A DNA stretch of 63,661 nucleotides, counting the filler, from Reclinomonas americana ATCC 50394 (lineage: Eukaryota): assembly GCA_048213135.1 (NCBI GenBank). It is 14 parts of 5 records of this genome, joined end to end, with 100 filler letters (N's around TTAATTAATTAA, not from the genome) between each part and the next. Parts side by side here need not be neighbours in the genome. Positions count along the whole stretch, not along the records: positions 1 to 7,427 come from PS015679.1; positions 7,528 to 12,511 come from PS015679.1; positions 12,612 to 25,305 come from PS015679.1; 11 more parts are not named here. The stretch is one strand, 5' to 3'. Every line of letters begins with the position of its first letter. Within the stretch, counting starts at the first letter, position 1. Shown here piece after piece: positions 1-12,683 of the stretch. Position numbers and translations under genes: made by a program. The notes below the pieces were generated by a model. The model was not told the origin of the DNA, ran no database searches, and worked only from the letters and a program-made list of their open reading frames with translations.

Positions 1-100
1 TCTCTCCTTCTCCTCCTCCTCTCTCTCTCTCCCCTCCCTCCTCTCTCTCCCCTCTCTCTCTGTCTCTGTCTCTCTCTCTCTGTCTCTCTCTCTCTCTCAC

Positions 101-306
101 CGTGACCAATCGCAGATGCAGTGTCACTATGCGCTCTGCGGTCTCAAACAGCGCCTTGGCCTCGTCCAGTCCGGGTGGGAGCAGGAAGGGCGAGTTGTAC
201 ACCTCGACCTCCTTGGCCTTCTTGCCCTGTGAGGAAGAGTGAGAGGGGGAGCGGAGAAGGAGGAGAGAGTAAGACGCACCTTTCCCTTCTTTCCTTTCTT
301 TGGCAT
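101..306 (-). CDS. 5' part of an uncharacterised protein with a Lys-rich N-terminus (two exons; continues off the window)
   Basis: Exon 306-280 (MPKKGKKGK) ends at a GTGCGT donor. After a CACAG acceptor, exon 226-101 reads GKKAKEVEVYNSPFLLPPGLDEAKALFETAERIVTLHLRLVT and ends at a GTGAGA donor. Phases match. Confidence 0.7.
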
Positions 307-457
307 GGTGCGACAGGAGAGAGAGACGTGCCTTTGCTGAAGAGTCGACAATCAACGTCTGTGTGCTGAGTCACTGCATGGATTGTCCTGTAGTGACAGA
401 TATCTGCTGGGTTTGACTTTTATTTTCCCGCGGAGCCGTGTTTCAGAACACACGGCA

Positions 458-3400
458 ATGGGTGCCTCGCACAGTGTGGAAGGTGGCAGTGGTAGTAACA
501 GGTTTGCTTCGATTATCTTGTGCTGAGTGAGTGAGAGTTTGTTGTTGACTTTCGTGCGGTGCTTCTCGCATCGGAGGAAGAGAGCGTGGGAGATGGGGAG
601 AGACAACGAATTGTCGGCACTGCGCGCTTTGGTGACGCGTGAAGGCGCGCACATCTTGTTGCAGAAAGAGGAGAGGGATGAGGGTGGCAGCACGGCGTAT
701 TTCTTCGCCGCGATGAAAGGCCATCTCTCTGTGTTGAAGTATTTGTTTGAGAGCGGCGTTGGAACACAACTCGCCCGGATGGTCAACGAGTCTGGTTTGA
801 CGCATCTGATGGCGGCCGCTACCGACGGACACAAGGAAGTGGTTACGTGGCTGCTCGCTGACGAGGGACGATGTCCTTCAGAGGTGGTCCGGTTGGTCTC
901 CAATGGGCGTTCCAGCTATCCGCTTTCCAGTGCATTGCATTATGCTGCGAGATATGGCCATGAAGCGATCGCGAAGCTCCTTGCCACTCGCTTTCCTGAC
1001 CTCATTCAAATGGAATCCCAGACGAGGATGACAGCGGCACAAGTGGCGCGGAGCTGTGGACATGAAAAGTTGGCCGATCTGCTCTTCAGCCTCCCCAGCA
1101 TCTCTTCACACAGGCCACAACTGCCGCAACAACAACAGCAACACAGACAGGCATCGCCATCACGACGATCATCATCAATATCATTTCGACATCCAGTACC
1201 ACCACCACCTCCCGGTCAACAACAACAAGCGCCATTGTCGCCGTCGCCATCGCCATCGCCATCACAGTCGCCAACTCCACCGCTTCCAGGTCAACAACAA
1301 CAAGCGCCATTGTCGCCGTCGCCATCGCCATCGCCATCACAGTCGCCAACTCCACCGCTTCCAGGTCAACAACAACAAGCGCCGTTGTCGCCGCCGCCAT
1401 CGCCATCACAGTCGCCAACTCCACCGCCCAATCCACTGCCACAACCAGCGATCGCGAGTCAACAGCTATCACAGTCGCGACCATCCTCAGTGACGTCAGC
1501 ACGACCTCCGCCACCGCCACCACCACCACCACGTCAACAACAACAAGAACCGCCGCCATCGCCATCGCCGTCGCCATCGCCATCGCAATCACCATCACAG
1601 CCACCAACTTCACCACCACCACCTCCTGGTCACCGGCAACAACAAGCGCCACCGTTGCCGTCACCATCATCATCACAATCGCCACGTGCACCTCCACCAC
1701 CACCACCACGTCAACTACAACAACAACAACAACTCCAATATCCACAAGCATCTCCTGTTCCTCACCTGTCGCCTCAAGAAGGATCCGGAGGTTAGTGATT
1801 TGTAATTTGCATTGCTTGCCCAGATGATACAGACCCTTATGGATCATTCATTCTGATTCTTCGTCTCCTGTACGACCAGCAGCCAATGCTGGTGTCGCTC
1901 TTCAGCTACAGAGGAAAAGGGCGTGTGAGATGGCAGGAGATGGTGATGTGGATGCACTCCGCGCATTGGTTACCAACATGGGTCCACAAATTTTGCTCTC
2001 AACAGTGGAGATGGGCGATGGTGGCGGCTCGTCATTTTACAGGGCCGCTTACTGTGGTCATATTCCTGTGATGGATTATCTGTGGCAGCTGACTGATGTT
2101 GGCCCACGGCTGTCAACTGTCGTTACTGACGGTGGTTGGACACCACTGATGTCTGCTGCATACGTCGGTCGTCTCAATGTGGTGGAGTGGTTGCTTGCCG
2201 ACGAGAAACGATGTTCACCGAAGATGGTGCGCGCGGTCACCCATGACAGTGCCAGGCATCCACAGTCTACTGCGCTGCATTTCGCAGCAGCAAATGGCCA
2301 CGAAGCCATTGTACGACTCCTCGCCACTCAGTACCCCGACCTAATTCAGATGGCAAACAAGGAGGGCAAGACACCGGCTCAGTGGGCGCGAGATACTGGC
2401 AAGCTACCAATATCCGAGCTGCTCGGCCATCTTGCTGCGCAGTCTGCTTCTGGCCAACTATTGCGACAAGATCCGCGCGCATACGTACGTCCTTCTCCAT
2501 CTCTTCCTGCAACAGGTGCGTCGCTTTATGTTGCCTCTACGTTGTTGGTATACTTGAATGCTCACGTACCCGACTCGCTATTCCCCTCGGAAACAGACGA
2601 CACAGACAACTCACAAAAGGTGAGTCTGAAAATCTGGTAGCGCTTTTGTACATCAATTTTCGCTCTGTACCGCGCGCTGACCATTCGCACGACTCGTCTA
2701 AATGTGCAGTCTGCTGCAGCAACTGCGAATGGTGCTCGACTCCAACGCGAGCTCGATGCAGCAATAATGGAACGAGAGCAGCAACGGCAGGAGCGGGATC
2801 GACAGCGGAGAGAACATGATGACGTTGTCGCGCAACTGAAGCGCGCCCTCGCCGACGAGCAGGAGAAGAATCTGCAGCTACAGCGGGAAAATGCCGAGAG
2901 TCGGCGGCAAGCTTCCGAAATGAAAAGCGACCTTGTCGCTGGGCGTGATGAGTGGCAGCGCAAGGCCGAAGAGCTGGAAGGCCAGCTGCGCGCCCTCGTC
3001 CATATGGACTTCCTCAAGTTTTACGTTAATTGCCGTCTCTTCTGTTGCCGTGTTTCAACTCACTTTGCAGGCGCTCAGCGAACGCCTTCGGATCTTGATG
3101 CTAACTGAAGTCGTTCACGAGATTATTCCGCTGGCACTCGGCTCGCTGTTGCAACAACTCCTCGCTGGGTTCTTTCCTGGCGAATTCGACATAGATCAAC
3201 TCTGCCTCTCTTCTCCACCCCCGAGGTGATCGATTGCATGCCTGCACTGTGTGCTGTACAGCGCTCCTTATGCTCACTCTTTCTCTCAGATACTGCCGTA
3301 TGACTCTGGACAAGCGAGGCAACATTCGTTTGCGGTCAGTCGAGCTTTTCCAGCCCAACTACGAACCAGTGCGAGCATTCAAACGCAGTGGATTGACAAA

Positions 3401-5489
3401 GGACATGGACGTGTCGCTGTTGAGCACACTTTTGCTACATACGACTTTCGTCTCTGCCGGTACTTGTCGTGATGCAGATCTGATGGAGAGTCTAGTGCGT
3501 CTCGACTCTGCCACGAACAAGGATCGCTGCGCAGTGCCACTGCTCGCAGATTCGGCCAAGGTATGCCCTCGTTGGTGCTGAGTGTGTTAGCTGGCCACGT
3601 GTTGCTAACATTTGACGTCACTCACTTCAGATTGGAGCCGTGGTGAGCTTGCGAGGTGTGCGCCATCGCATGGCGCACTTGGCCCGTCTGTCTGCACTTG
3701 AAGACGCAGAGTATGTGAGCGTCATGAGGCTGGTCCGCGACTCGCTTCACATTCTGTTCCCAGACGGTCAGCACGAAAGTATCCGCCGTCTTTTCCAGTC
3801 CTACGATAGTTGCGACAGCACTTGGAACTGAGTGTCTCATTTCATCGAACTCATACGTTTGCACAGAAGTCAGCAATATCAGCGTGACTGCCGAGTTGGT
3901 CACCCAGAGCTGTGCAAGATTTGCTGTGAGCGCTCCCGTTTTGCCGTTCTCGGACTTATTATCAAATTTGAGGCAACTAGCTATTGGTGCGATCTTCTTC
4001 GGCTGCTCGTATTCTGGAAGTCAGCTGGTCTCATTTCAACTTCGCTTCCCCTCGCAGGACAAAATGCTGTATTCCAAGCCTCTCTCAGTGTCGGTGGTGT
4101 ATTGCAAACTGTGGCATACAAGCGATATTTGGTGAGGTCGCAAGCTCGAGATGCACAATCGGCTGACTGGAAACGCATTCATGAGAGTTTTGAGAACGAA
4201 CACTCTCTGCTGATGCAACTCGAGTTGAGTGCTAACGTGATCATCGTGCTTGTATCTAGCCGCCGTCGCTCATGCCTGCATGCACACTTAGTCACCCACA
4301 CATTGTGAAACTGATGGCGGTGTGCAATGACGACCCGGATGGATTAGGACTCATTCTTGAATACGTCTGCCAAGAGAACGAAAAAGAAAAGGTCGCTGCG
4401 ACTTTGCATGACCTGGTGAAGGATAAGCGTGTGTTATCGCAACAGCTGCTCGGCCTCCTCACGCAAGTGACTTCAGCGGTGGTGTACATGCACTCGTGTC
4501 GACTGGTACATCGTGACCTGAAGCCACATAGTTGCGTCATGCAATTGGTGAGAGTTGTGAGGGCCCAGACGGACAGCGAATTGTACTGGAGAACGATACT
4601 AGTACTGAGAGTTTTCACGTACGCGTATACAATGTCAGCGCGCGTTTTGTCTCCGTGTCTCAGAGAGAGAGAGAGATCAGAGAAGTGCAGTTCTTGTGAG
4701 GGCTGTGTAGCAAGATATGAGAGCTCTTTCTGCAAGAAAGGAAGAAGACAAGTGCGCTAGCACTCCTTTGTTGAATGAGATGGTTACAGGACGAGCTTGA
4801 GTTCTACAGTGGCGTCGGATTCGGAGTTCGCAAACCCCTCGCTTGATTGATTCCACCTACCTACTTTCCCTCCATATCCCCTTAATATCCACAGACATTC
4901 TCATTGGCGACGAAGTTGATCGGCTTGTAGCAAAGGTGTGCGATTTCGGGGAGGCCAAGATTCACGGCACTCTCGGCAAGATGCAGTCGAATCACGGCAC
5001 GGCGGCGTACGCCGCGCCCGAGGTAATGTTGGATCAGGAGGTGCGCTCACGACTGTGACACTAATGTGGAACAAGTAAGAGTGGCTCTGGATTTCTCACC
5101 CTTCTTCCGCACCATGTAGTACGACGAACGAGCGGATGTGTACGGACTAGGTTCACTGCTCTGGTTCATCGCCACTCGCCGAGAACCGTTCTCTGGGATG
5201 TCATTGCCGGCCATCATGCGCCACATGCACGATGGCATCCCACCTGGCAATCTTGACGACGAAGCTGTAAGGGCAACAGTGCCGGAGGACATCCGCAGTC
5301 TCATTCGACAGTGCTGGGTTGCGTGTTTGATTAGTTGCTTGTCGCCTTGAGAGATTGATGTTGATTATGCGTGTGACGCAGAGGCCTCAAGCGACACGTG
5401 TGTCGGCATCGTACGTGCACGACGAGTTGAGGCGGCTTTGTGAGACTGCGCAAGCCGCAGTTAGTGCGGCTTCTGCTGGGCCGTCGTAG
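458..5489 (+). CDS. Multidomain protein: ankyrin block, Pro/Gln/Ser linker, second ankyrin block, coiled coil, HEPN-like domain (RHRMAH), TKL-type protein kinase
   Basis: In-phase exons: ~593-1790, 1880-2515, 2597-2619, 2710-3024, 3071-3225, 3290-3560, 3631-3766, 3867-3986, 4058-4223, 4292-4530, 4895-5040, 5120-5317, 5382-5489 (TAG). ANK motifs include ALHYAARYGH, TPLMSAAYVG and TALHFAAANGH. Kinase motifs are VAYK, HPHIVKL, HRDLKPHN, DFG, GTAAYAAPE and DVYGLG. The start is uncertain: possible first exon 458-501 (MGASHS...), otherwise ATG at 593. Confidence 0.85.
1214..1440 (+). repeat. Coding tandem repeat, about 3 x 75 bp (GQQQQAPLSPSPSPSPSQSPTPPLP)
   Basis: Units start at 1214, 1289 and 1364, inside the Pro-rich linker. 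Confidence 0.9.
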
Positions 5490-5675
5490 TGAGCAGGCTG
5501 GTGGCGACCTCAGCCGAGACCCGCACTACTTTATTTGCGAAGAAATTCTATACTTTGTATAGTCTATATTAGTCGCATTTATCTGTGAACTCAGTTACAA
5601 GCCATCGCTGTTCATAACTGTATTGACCGACATCTATGTGCATGAAAATATACATTGATTCCCGTCTCCTCACTG

Positions 5676-7427
5676 TCACTCACTGGGCTCCAGTGTGATT
5701 TTATCCTGCGCCATCCACCATGAGTTCCCTCTCCCACACACTCCCACACACACGCACCCTCCCATCCCCACACCTTACACAGCGGACACGACCGATCGCG
5801 CGTCGTCAACCATTCATCGACGCACTCTTGATGATAAAAGTGCCTGCCCCACAAACATAAGCCCCAAAGCACCCATCACTCCCCTTGCCCCACCACCACC
5901 CCACGCAACATGCACGGCAGCGTCCTCAACATCTCTCCCTCCTCATACGGCCCCAAACAAATCTCGCACGACTGATGATCGGCAGGCAAATTCGCTGCAT
6001 GACACTCGAACACCGGCAACTGGCGCAACAAGTGGCGCGGCAGCGGCGAGCGGGCGTGCGGTCTGGCGATAAACATACCGGGTGCTTGCTGCTGCTGTTG
6101 CTGTTGGTGAAGTGCCGCGAGCAGGCCGCCGAGGGCCAGTGGGTCGTGTGCGGGGCGGCCCTGTGGGAGGAGAGAACAAGGAGAAGGAAGCGGAAATGAA
6201 ATGAATGACAGGGGAGAAGAGTGACACGAGCAAGGAACAGACAGAGACGGGTAGGAGCGACACGAGCGAGGAACAGAAAGAGACCGGGGGAGAGCGACAG
6301 TGAGAGAGCAATGAAGCAAGAAAGAAAGAGAGAGGGCAAAAGAACACAGGAACAATTCGTGACTGCCAGAGTGCGCGCGAACTATGAAGGAACACAAAGA
6401 GAAAGAGAGAGGGGGAGAAACAGAGTGAGGAAAAGATAGACTGAGAGGGACAGAGAGAGACAGAGAGAAAGAGAGACTCAGAAAGAAAGAAAGTCTGAGA
6501 GAAACAGAGAGAGAGAAAGAAAGTCTGAGAGACACAGAGAGAAAGAAAGAAAAGTGATCAGGACAACAGTACACGGAAATCGCTTCTGGGTGTACATGAC
6601 AGAGCAGCAGAGGAACGAAGAAATGGTGGAACAGGTCACTGCATCCCAGCGAAAGAAGCCCAACAAAAGAATCAAAGTACCCGATAAAATGTGAGCGCAC
6701 AGAAACGTAGAAATGGTAGAACAGGTCACTGCATCCCAGTGTAAAAGGCCAGCAAAGAATCAGCATGCCCGAAAAATAGGAGCAGCAGAGGAACGAAGAA
6801 ATGGTGGAACAGGTCGCTGCATAACACCATCACAGCGACGCAGCACGGGGATCGCCCGACAGAGACAAAAGGAGAGCCTTTGAATAGCACGAGACGGGAG
6901 CAATGAGAGAGGAGAGGAGTAACAATAAAGAGAGAGAGGAGAGACAAACACAGAAAAAACACAGCAACGAGAATGAAAGTATGCGAAAGAGATCGTTTCT
7001 GAGTATTTGAGAGAGAGCAATACATCGTGAGTGGGGTGCACAAGAGAGAAAGAGAACGAGAGATATCCAATGGGACACAGTCAACCAGAGATAACCACAT
7101 TCGATACTCTCTCTCACGCACACTCACAGTCGAACACAGAGCGAGAGACAACACAGAAATGACGATGAACACTCAGCGGTACATCGCCCACGCCATCTCC
7201 TCACACCAACCCCACTCACCATTTGCTGCTGCTGCTGCTGCTGTTGCTGCCCCTCTGCCAGCAACCTCAACAACTGCTGCATCACCACAAACCGCTGCAC
7301 ATCGTCGTGCCCCGCAAGGAACTGCACCCCACCGGGAGCCGCCGCCGCCGCCGCCGCACCTCCCGCAGGCCCTGCCTGTTGCTGTACATGCTGGTGATGA
7401 TGATGATGTGGTGGTGGTTGCGGTGGG
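5676..7427 (-). CDS. C-terminal part of a RING-H2 E3 ubiquitin ligase
   Basis: Exons 7427-7220, 6160-5910, 5843-5774 and 5705-5676 splice in phase to CEICLGPYEEGEMLRTLPCMHFYHQECVDEWLTTRDRSCPLCKDKITLEPSE*, a canonical C3H2C3 pattern. Confidence 0.9.
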
Positions 7428-7527
7428 NNNNNNNNNNNNNNNNNNNNNNNNNNNNNNNNNNNNNNNNNNNNTTAATTAATTAANNNNNNNNNNNNNNNNN
7501 NNNNNNNNNNNNNNNNNNNNNNNNNNN
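7428..7527. other. Artificial contig linker (N-run, TTAATTAATTAA, N-run); 13 copies in the window
   Basis: The same six-frame-stop 12-mer embedded in Ns at 7472, 12556, 25350, 30869, 34394, 36939, 39209, 45342, 48556, 51182, 55144, 60974 and 62454. Confidence 0.98.
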
Positions 7528-7548
7528 GTCTACTACGTCTACGTCGTC

Positions 7549-7559
<11 letters not shown>

Positions 7560-7589
<30 letters not shown>

Positions 7590-10500
7590 CCTATCAGTTA
7601 CTGTCAGTTTCTCTTTGTTCAGTCTTCTTCTCTCTCTCTCTCAGTCTCTTGCAGTCTCTTTCTCATTCTGTCTCACTCTCTCCCCAACTCTCTCAGTCTC
7701 TTTATGACGCTTCACTCATTCAGTGTCTCTCTCCCTCCCTCTTTCCCTCTTTCCCTCTCCCTCTCTCTCTCCCCCCACAGATGACGACGGCTCCGACTCC
7801 TCCGGCGACCTGCTGCACGCCGCCGGCGCCGACCACCAGCGGCACCAACTGCAGCACCTGCCGTATCATCGCACGCCGGAATGCCGGCGCTACTTTGTGA
7901 TCTTTGTGGTCGGCTGCATGACGACGCTGGTGACGCTGTTGTGCCTCGGGCCGAACATGGAGCGCCTGTTCTTTGTCGCGGAGTTGCCGGCGGTCATGGT
8001 GGTGACGGGTGTGACGTCCATGTCGGCGGTGGCGCTGTTGTACAAGAGGTGCCGACCGGATTTCGAAGTGGGTGAGTTGGTGGGTGGGGCAGGGACAGGG
8101 AGAGGGTGCGATGATGAGGAAGGGGAAGGAGCCGGGAGACTTGGAGCTGAGTGATCAGGAGGCAAAGAGAGAAAGGAGAAGGAACAGGGGGACGGGGAGC
8201 CGAGTGACTCCGATTTGAAGTCGATAATGCTGACGAGAGAAGAGGAGAAACTAGAAGGAGGTGTGGGGGGTGAAAAGAGAAGACATCGTAGAGGAGGAAT
8301 AGAGCGTTGCACGAAGTGAGAGTGCGAAGATGACATGATGAGGTTTGGGGAGTTTCACGCCGGCCGTGTGGTGGCTGTCGGGCCACTCTCTGTCTTCTTC
8401 CTCGTATCATTTTCTCCATTGCCGCGACTCCTTCATGTGCCCCTCTCATTCTTACCACACCCAGTATACTGAAAGGGAAGATGACTGTTGGAGAAGAGTA
8501 ATTGTGTGTCTACATGGTATTGGTGTGGCAAGGTCTTTGTCGGCAAGAGATTCGTGGACATTTGTCGCATTACTGCAAAGCGGCGAATGAAGTGCTTGTG
8601 TTGCTGTGGCAGTGATAGGAGAAGATGTTTGTGCTGCTCTAGCTTGCCTCGTCACTCTCTCCTGTGCCGTGCTCATGCGAGCCTCGTTGTATTCTCCTAC
8701 TTCTGCGTCCTCTTGCAGCGAAGCTTCGCGATCTTTGAAACCCCTCACTCTGCGTCTCCGTCTATGCTTACTATGGTCTTGCTGGTTGCACTGTGATGGT
8801 CGTGGCTTGAAAGAGTCGGAAGACAGCATTGCTAGATTCCTCGAGGTGACGCACTCCCTCTCTTTGACCTCTTTGCCCTCATCGCACCCCCCCCCCCCCC
8901 CCCAACCAGGCCTCTTCTCCATCCCCGCCCGCTACCTCGCCGTCACCACCTGCCTCGGCTTCCTCGTCGGCCCGCTGCTGTGGGGCGTCGCACTGTGGAC
9001 CGTGTACGCCGTGTACGTGTGCGCCGTTGCCGGTGTGGCCGGAGTGGCGCACTTGCTGGTGGCGTGCTCGCGTCACCACGTGCACACGCGCCGTTTCCAC
9101 ATGCTGTGTACGGCATTTTACGCCTTGCTGGCGGTGGCGGGCGCGGTGTACGCCATTACGCAGTTGGTGCATGCGCTGGCCATTGTAGTGTTCGATCTGA
9201 CGGTGGTGCTGCTCGTCAACCGCAAGCGGTCGCGCATGCAGTTGCTGGCGGCGGCGGCGGCTGATGCGGGGAGTGGGTCGCCGGTGGCCGTTGCGCAGGG
9301 ACGGCGGCTGGGTGGGGCGGCGGAGAGGCCGCCACCAGCGCANNNNNNNNNNNNNNNNNNNNNNNNNNNNNNNNNNNNNNNNNNNNNNNNNNNNNNNNNN
9401 NNNNNNNNNNNNNNNNNNNNNNNNNNNNNNNNNNNNNNNNNNNNNNNNNNNNNNNNNNNNNNNNNNNNNNNNNNNNNNNNNNNNNNNNNNNNNNNNNNNN
9501 NNNNNNNNNNNNNNNNNNNNNNNNNNNNNNNNNNNNNNNNNNNNNNNNNNNNNNNNNNNNNNNNNNNNNNNNNNNNNNNNNNNNNNNNNNNNNNNNNNNN
9601 NNNNCGGCGACCCACCCCCCGCCGCCGCCGCCATCAACTGCATGCGCGACCGCTTGCGGTTGACGAGCAGCACCACCGTCAGATCGAACACCACAATGGC
9701 CAGCGCATGCACCAACTGCGTGATGGCGTACACCGCGCCCGCCACCGCCAGCAAGGCGTAAAACGCCGTGCACAACATGTGGAAGCGGCGCGTGTGCACG
9801 TGGTGACGCGAGCACGCCACCAGCAAGTGCGCCACTCCGGCCACGCCGGCAACGGCGCACACGTACACGGCGTACACGGTCCACAATGCGACGCCCCACA
9901 GCAGCGGGCCGACTAGGAAGCCGAGGCAGGTGGTGACGGCGAGGTAGCGGGCGGGGATGGAGAAGAGGCCTGGTGGGGGGTGGCAGTGAGGGCAAAGAAG
10001 TCAAAGAGCGGGAGTGCGTAACCACGAGGAATCTAGAAGTGCTGTCTTCCGACTCTTTCAAGCCACGACCATTACAGTGCAGCCAGCAAGACCACAGTAA
10101 GCATAGACGGAGACGAAGAATGAGGGGTTTCAAAGATCGCGAATTGCTGCAAATACAAAGAGGCTCGCATGAGCGCGGCACAGGAGAGAGTGACGAGGCA
10201 AGTGAGGAGTAGCTAAGAGCAGCACAAACGTCTTCTGCTCCCGCTGCCACACAGCAACACAAGCACTTCATTCGCCGCATTGCAGTAATGCGACAAATGT
10301 CCACCAATCCCTTGTGACAATGATCTTGCCACACCAACACCATGTAGACATATAATTACTCGTCTCCAACAGTCATCTTCCCTTTCAGGATACTGGATGT
10401 GGTAAGAATGAGTTGGGCACAAGAAAGAGTAGCGAGCGGTGAGAGGTAGCAACAGGAAAGGCTCCAACGGAGAATAAAACACGAGAGAAAAAACAGAGAG

Positions 10501-11310
10501 TGGCCCGACAGCCACCACACGGCCGGCGTGAAACTCCCCAAACCTCATCATGTCATCTTCGCACTCTCACTTCGTGCAACGCTCTATTCCACCTCTACGA
10601 TGTCTTCTCTTTTCACCTCCTTCTAGTGTCTCCTCTTCTCTCGTCAGCATTATCGACTTCAAATCCACGTCACCCAGCTCCCCGTCCCCCTGTTCCTTCT
10701 CCTTTCTCTCCTTGCCTCCTGATCACTCAGCTCCAAGTCTCCCTGCTCCTTCCCCTTCCTCATCATCACCCTTCCCCTGTCCCTGCCCCACCCACCAACT
10801 CACCCACTTCGAAATCCGGACGGCACCTCTTGTACAACAGCGCCACCGCCGACATGGACGTCACCCCCGTCACCACCATGACCGCCGGCAACTCCGCCAC
10901 AAAGAACAGGCGCTCCATGTTCGGGCCGAGGCACAACAGCGTCACCAGCGTCGTCATGCAGCCGACGACAAAGATCACAAAGTAGCGCCGGCATTCCGGC
11001 GTGCGATGGTACGGCAGGTGCTGCAACTGGTGCCGCTGGTGGTCGGCACCGGCGGCGTGCAGTAGGTCGCCAGAGGAGTCGGAGCCGTCGTCATCTGTGG
11101 GGGAGGGAGAGAGGGGAGAGGGAAAGAGGGAAAGAGGGAGGGAGAGGGAGGGAAAAGAGAGACACTGAGTGAGTGAAGCGTCACAAAGAGACTGAAAGAG
11201 TTCGGGAGAGAGTGAGATAAAATGAGAAAGAGACTGCGAGAGACTGAGAGAGAGAGAGAGGACTGAACAAAGAGAAACTGACAGTAACTGATAGGGCGAG
11301 AGAGACTAAG
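7560..11310. repeat. Large imperfect inverted repeat, about 1.7-kb arms either side of the 9343-9603 gap
   Basis: 7560-9260 is the reverse complement of ~9615-11310, with substitutions and indels concentrated in the intron. Confidence 0.9.
7781..9342 (+). CDS. Inverted second copy (paralog or allele) of two exons of the multi-pass membrane protein
   Basis: Exons 7781-8071 and 8910-9342 encode nearly the same peptides as minus-strand exons 11094-10804 and 9969-9604. The reading frame runs into an N gap. Confidence 0.7.
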
Positions 11311-11917
11311 AGAGACTGAGAGAGAGAGAGAGAGCGAGAGAGAGCGACTGACTGAGTGACTGACAGAGACTGAGTGACACTGGGAGAGCGAGAGCGACCA
11401 AGAGAGACTGAGAGAGAGAGGAGAGCGAGAGAGAGAGAGAGAGAGCGACTGACTGAGAGAGATTGAGAGCAAATGAGCGATATCGAGAGAGACTGAGTGA
11501 CTGACAGTGACAGAGTGACACAGAGAGAGCGAGAAAACTGAGAAAGACTGAGAAAGACTGAGCTCCTGAAAGAGACTGACTGAAACTGTGGTAGAGAGCG
11601 AGAGAAACTGAGAATAACTGAGAGAAAACAGAGAGACTGAGAGTAACAGAGAGAGACTGAGAGAGAGCGACCGAGAGAGGCTGAGAGAGAAAGACTGAGA
11701 GAAACACAGAGAGACTGTGAGAGAAACAGACAAGACTCGGAGAGACTGAGTCTCTATCCCAGTCTTTCTCATTCTCTCTCCTTCTCTCTTCTTAATCAGT
11801 TTCGCGAAGTCTCTAATAGTCTTGTCTGTCTCTCTTTCTCTCAGTGTCCCTCTCTCAGTGTCCCTCTCTCTCAGTGTCCCTCTCACAATCTCTCCAGTCC
11901 CTCTCTCACAATCACTC

Positions 11918-11954
<37 letters not shown>

Positions 11955-12611
11955 AGTCAGTCTCTCTGTCGGTCACTCTGTCAGTCTCTCTTTCTCTCGT
12001 GTAACTCAATCTCACTGAGAGGGACACTGACACAGAATGAGATACGGAGGGGTGAGAGACACTCGTACCATGCGCGGCATCCTCCGCATCGCCACGCAGC
12101 AATCGGTGATCGCCTCCTTGTGCTCCACCACCACCGACGTTGGCCGCGGATCGCCGTCCGCGGAGAAGCACATCGACGAGCAGCGAGGACAAGTCGACCA
12201 GGCATAGGAGGAGTAGAATGGTCAGCGAGATGCACCTGCGGAGGGAGGGAGGCCGGAAACAGTCAATGATGAGGAGTCGGAGAGAGCAGGAGGCGGAGAG
12301 ACAAGTCGGAGAATGGTAGAACACATAGTATGTCGAGAGGAGGGAAGAGAGGGGAGACAGAGGAGACAGAGGAGACAGAAGAGAGACAAGAGGAGAAGAG
12401 AGAGAAGAGAAAGAGAGAGAGAAGAGAGAACAGAAGGAAGAGAGAGAAGAGAGAAAAGAAGGAAGAGAGAGAAGAGAGAAAAGAAAGAAGAGAGAGAGAT
12501 GAGAGAGAAGANNNNNNNNNNNNNNNNNNNNNNNNNNNNNNNNNNNNNNNNNNNNTTAATTAATTAANNNNNNNNNNNNNNNNNNNNNNNNNNNNNNNNN
12601 NNNNNNNNNNN

Positions 12612-12683
<72 letters not shown>

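Noticed and set aside
1086..1847. Hydrophobic Val/Ala/Met-rich minus-strand ORF as a membrane protein
   Set aside because: Antisense shadow of the Pro/Gln/Ser repeat exon.
5318..5381. Additional GTTGCG donors at 5318(+) and 57231(-)
   Set aside because: Alternative in-frame splice choices exist, so they were not counted as evidence for the shifted donor class.
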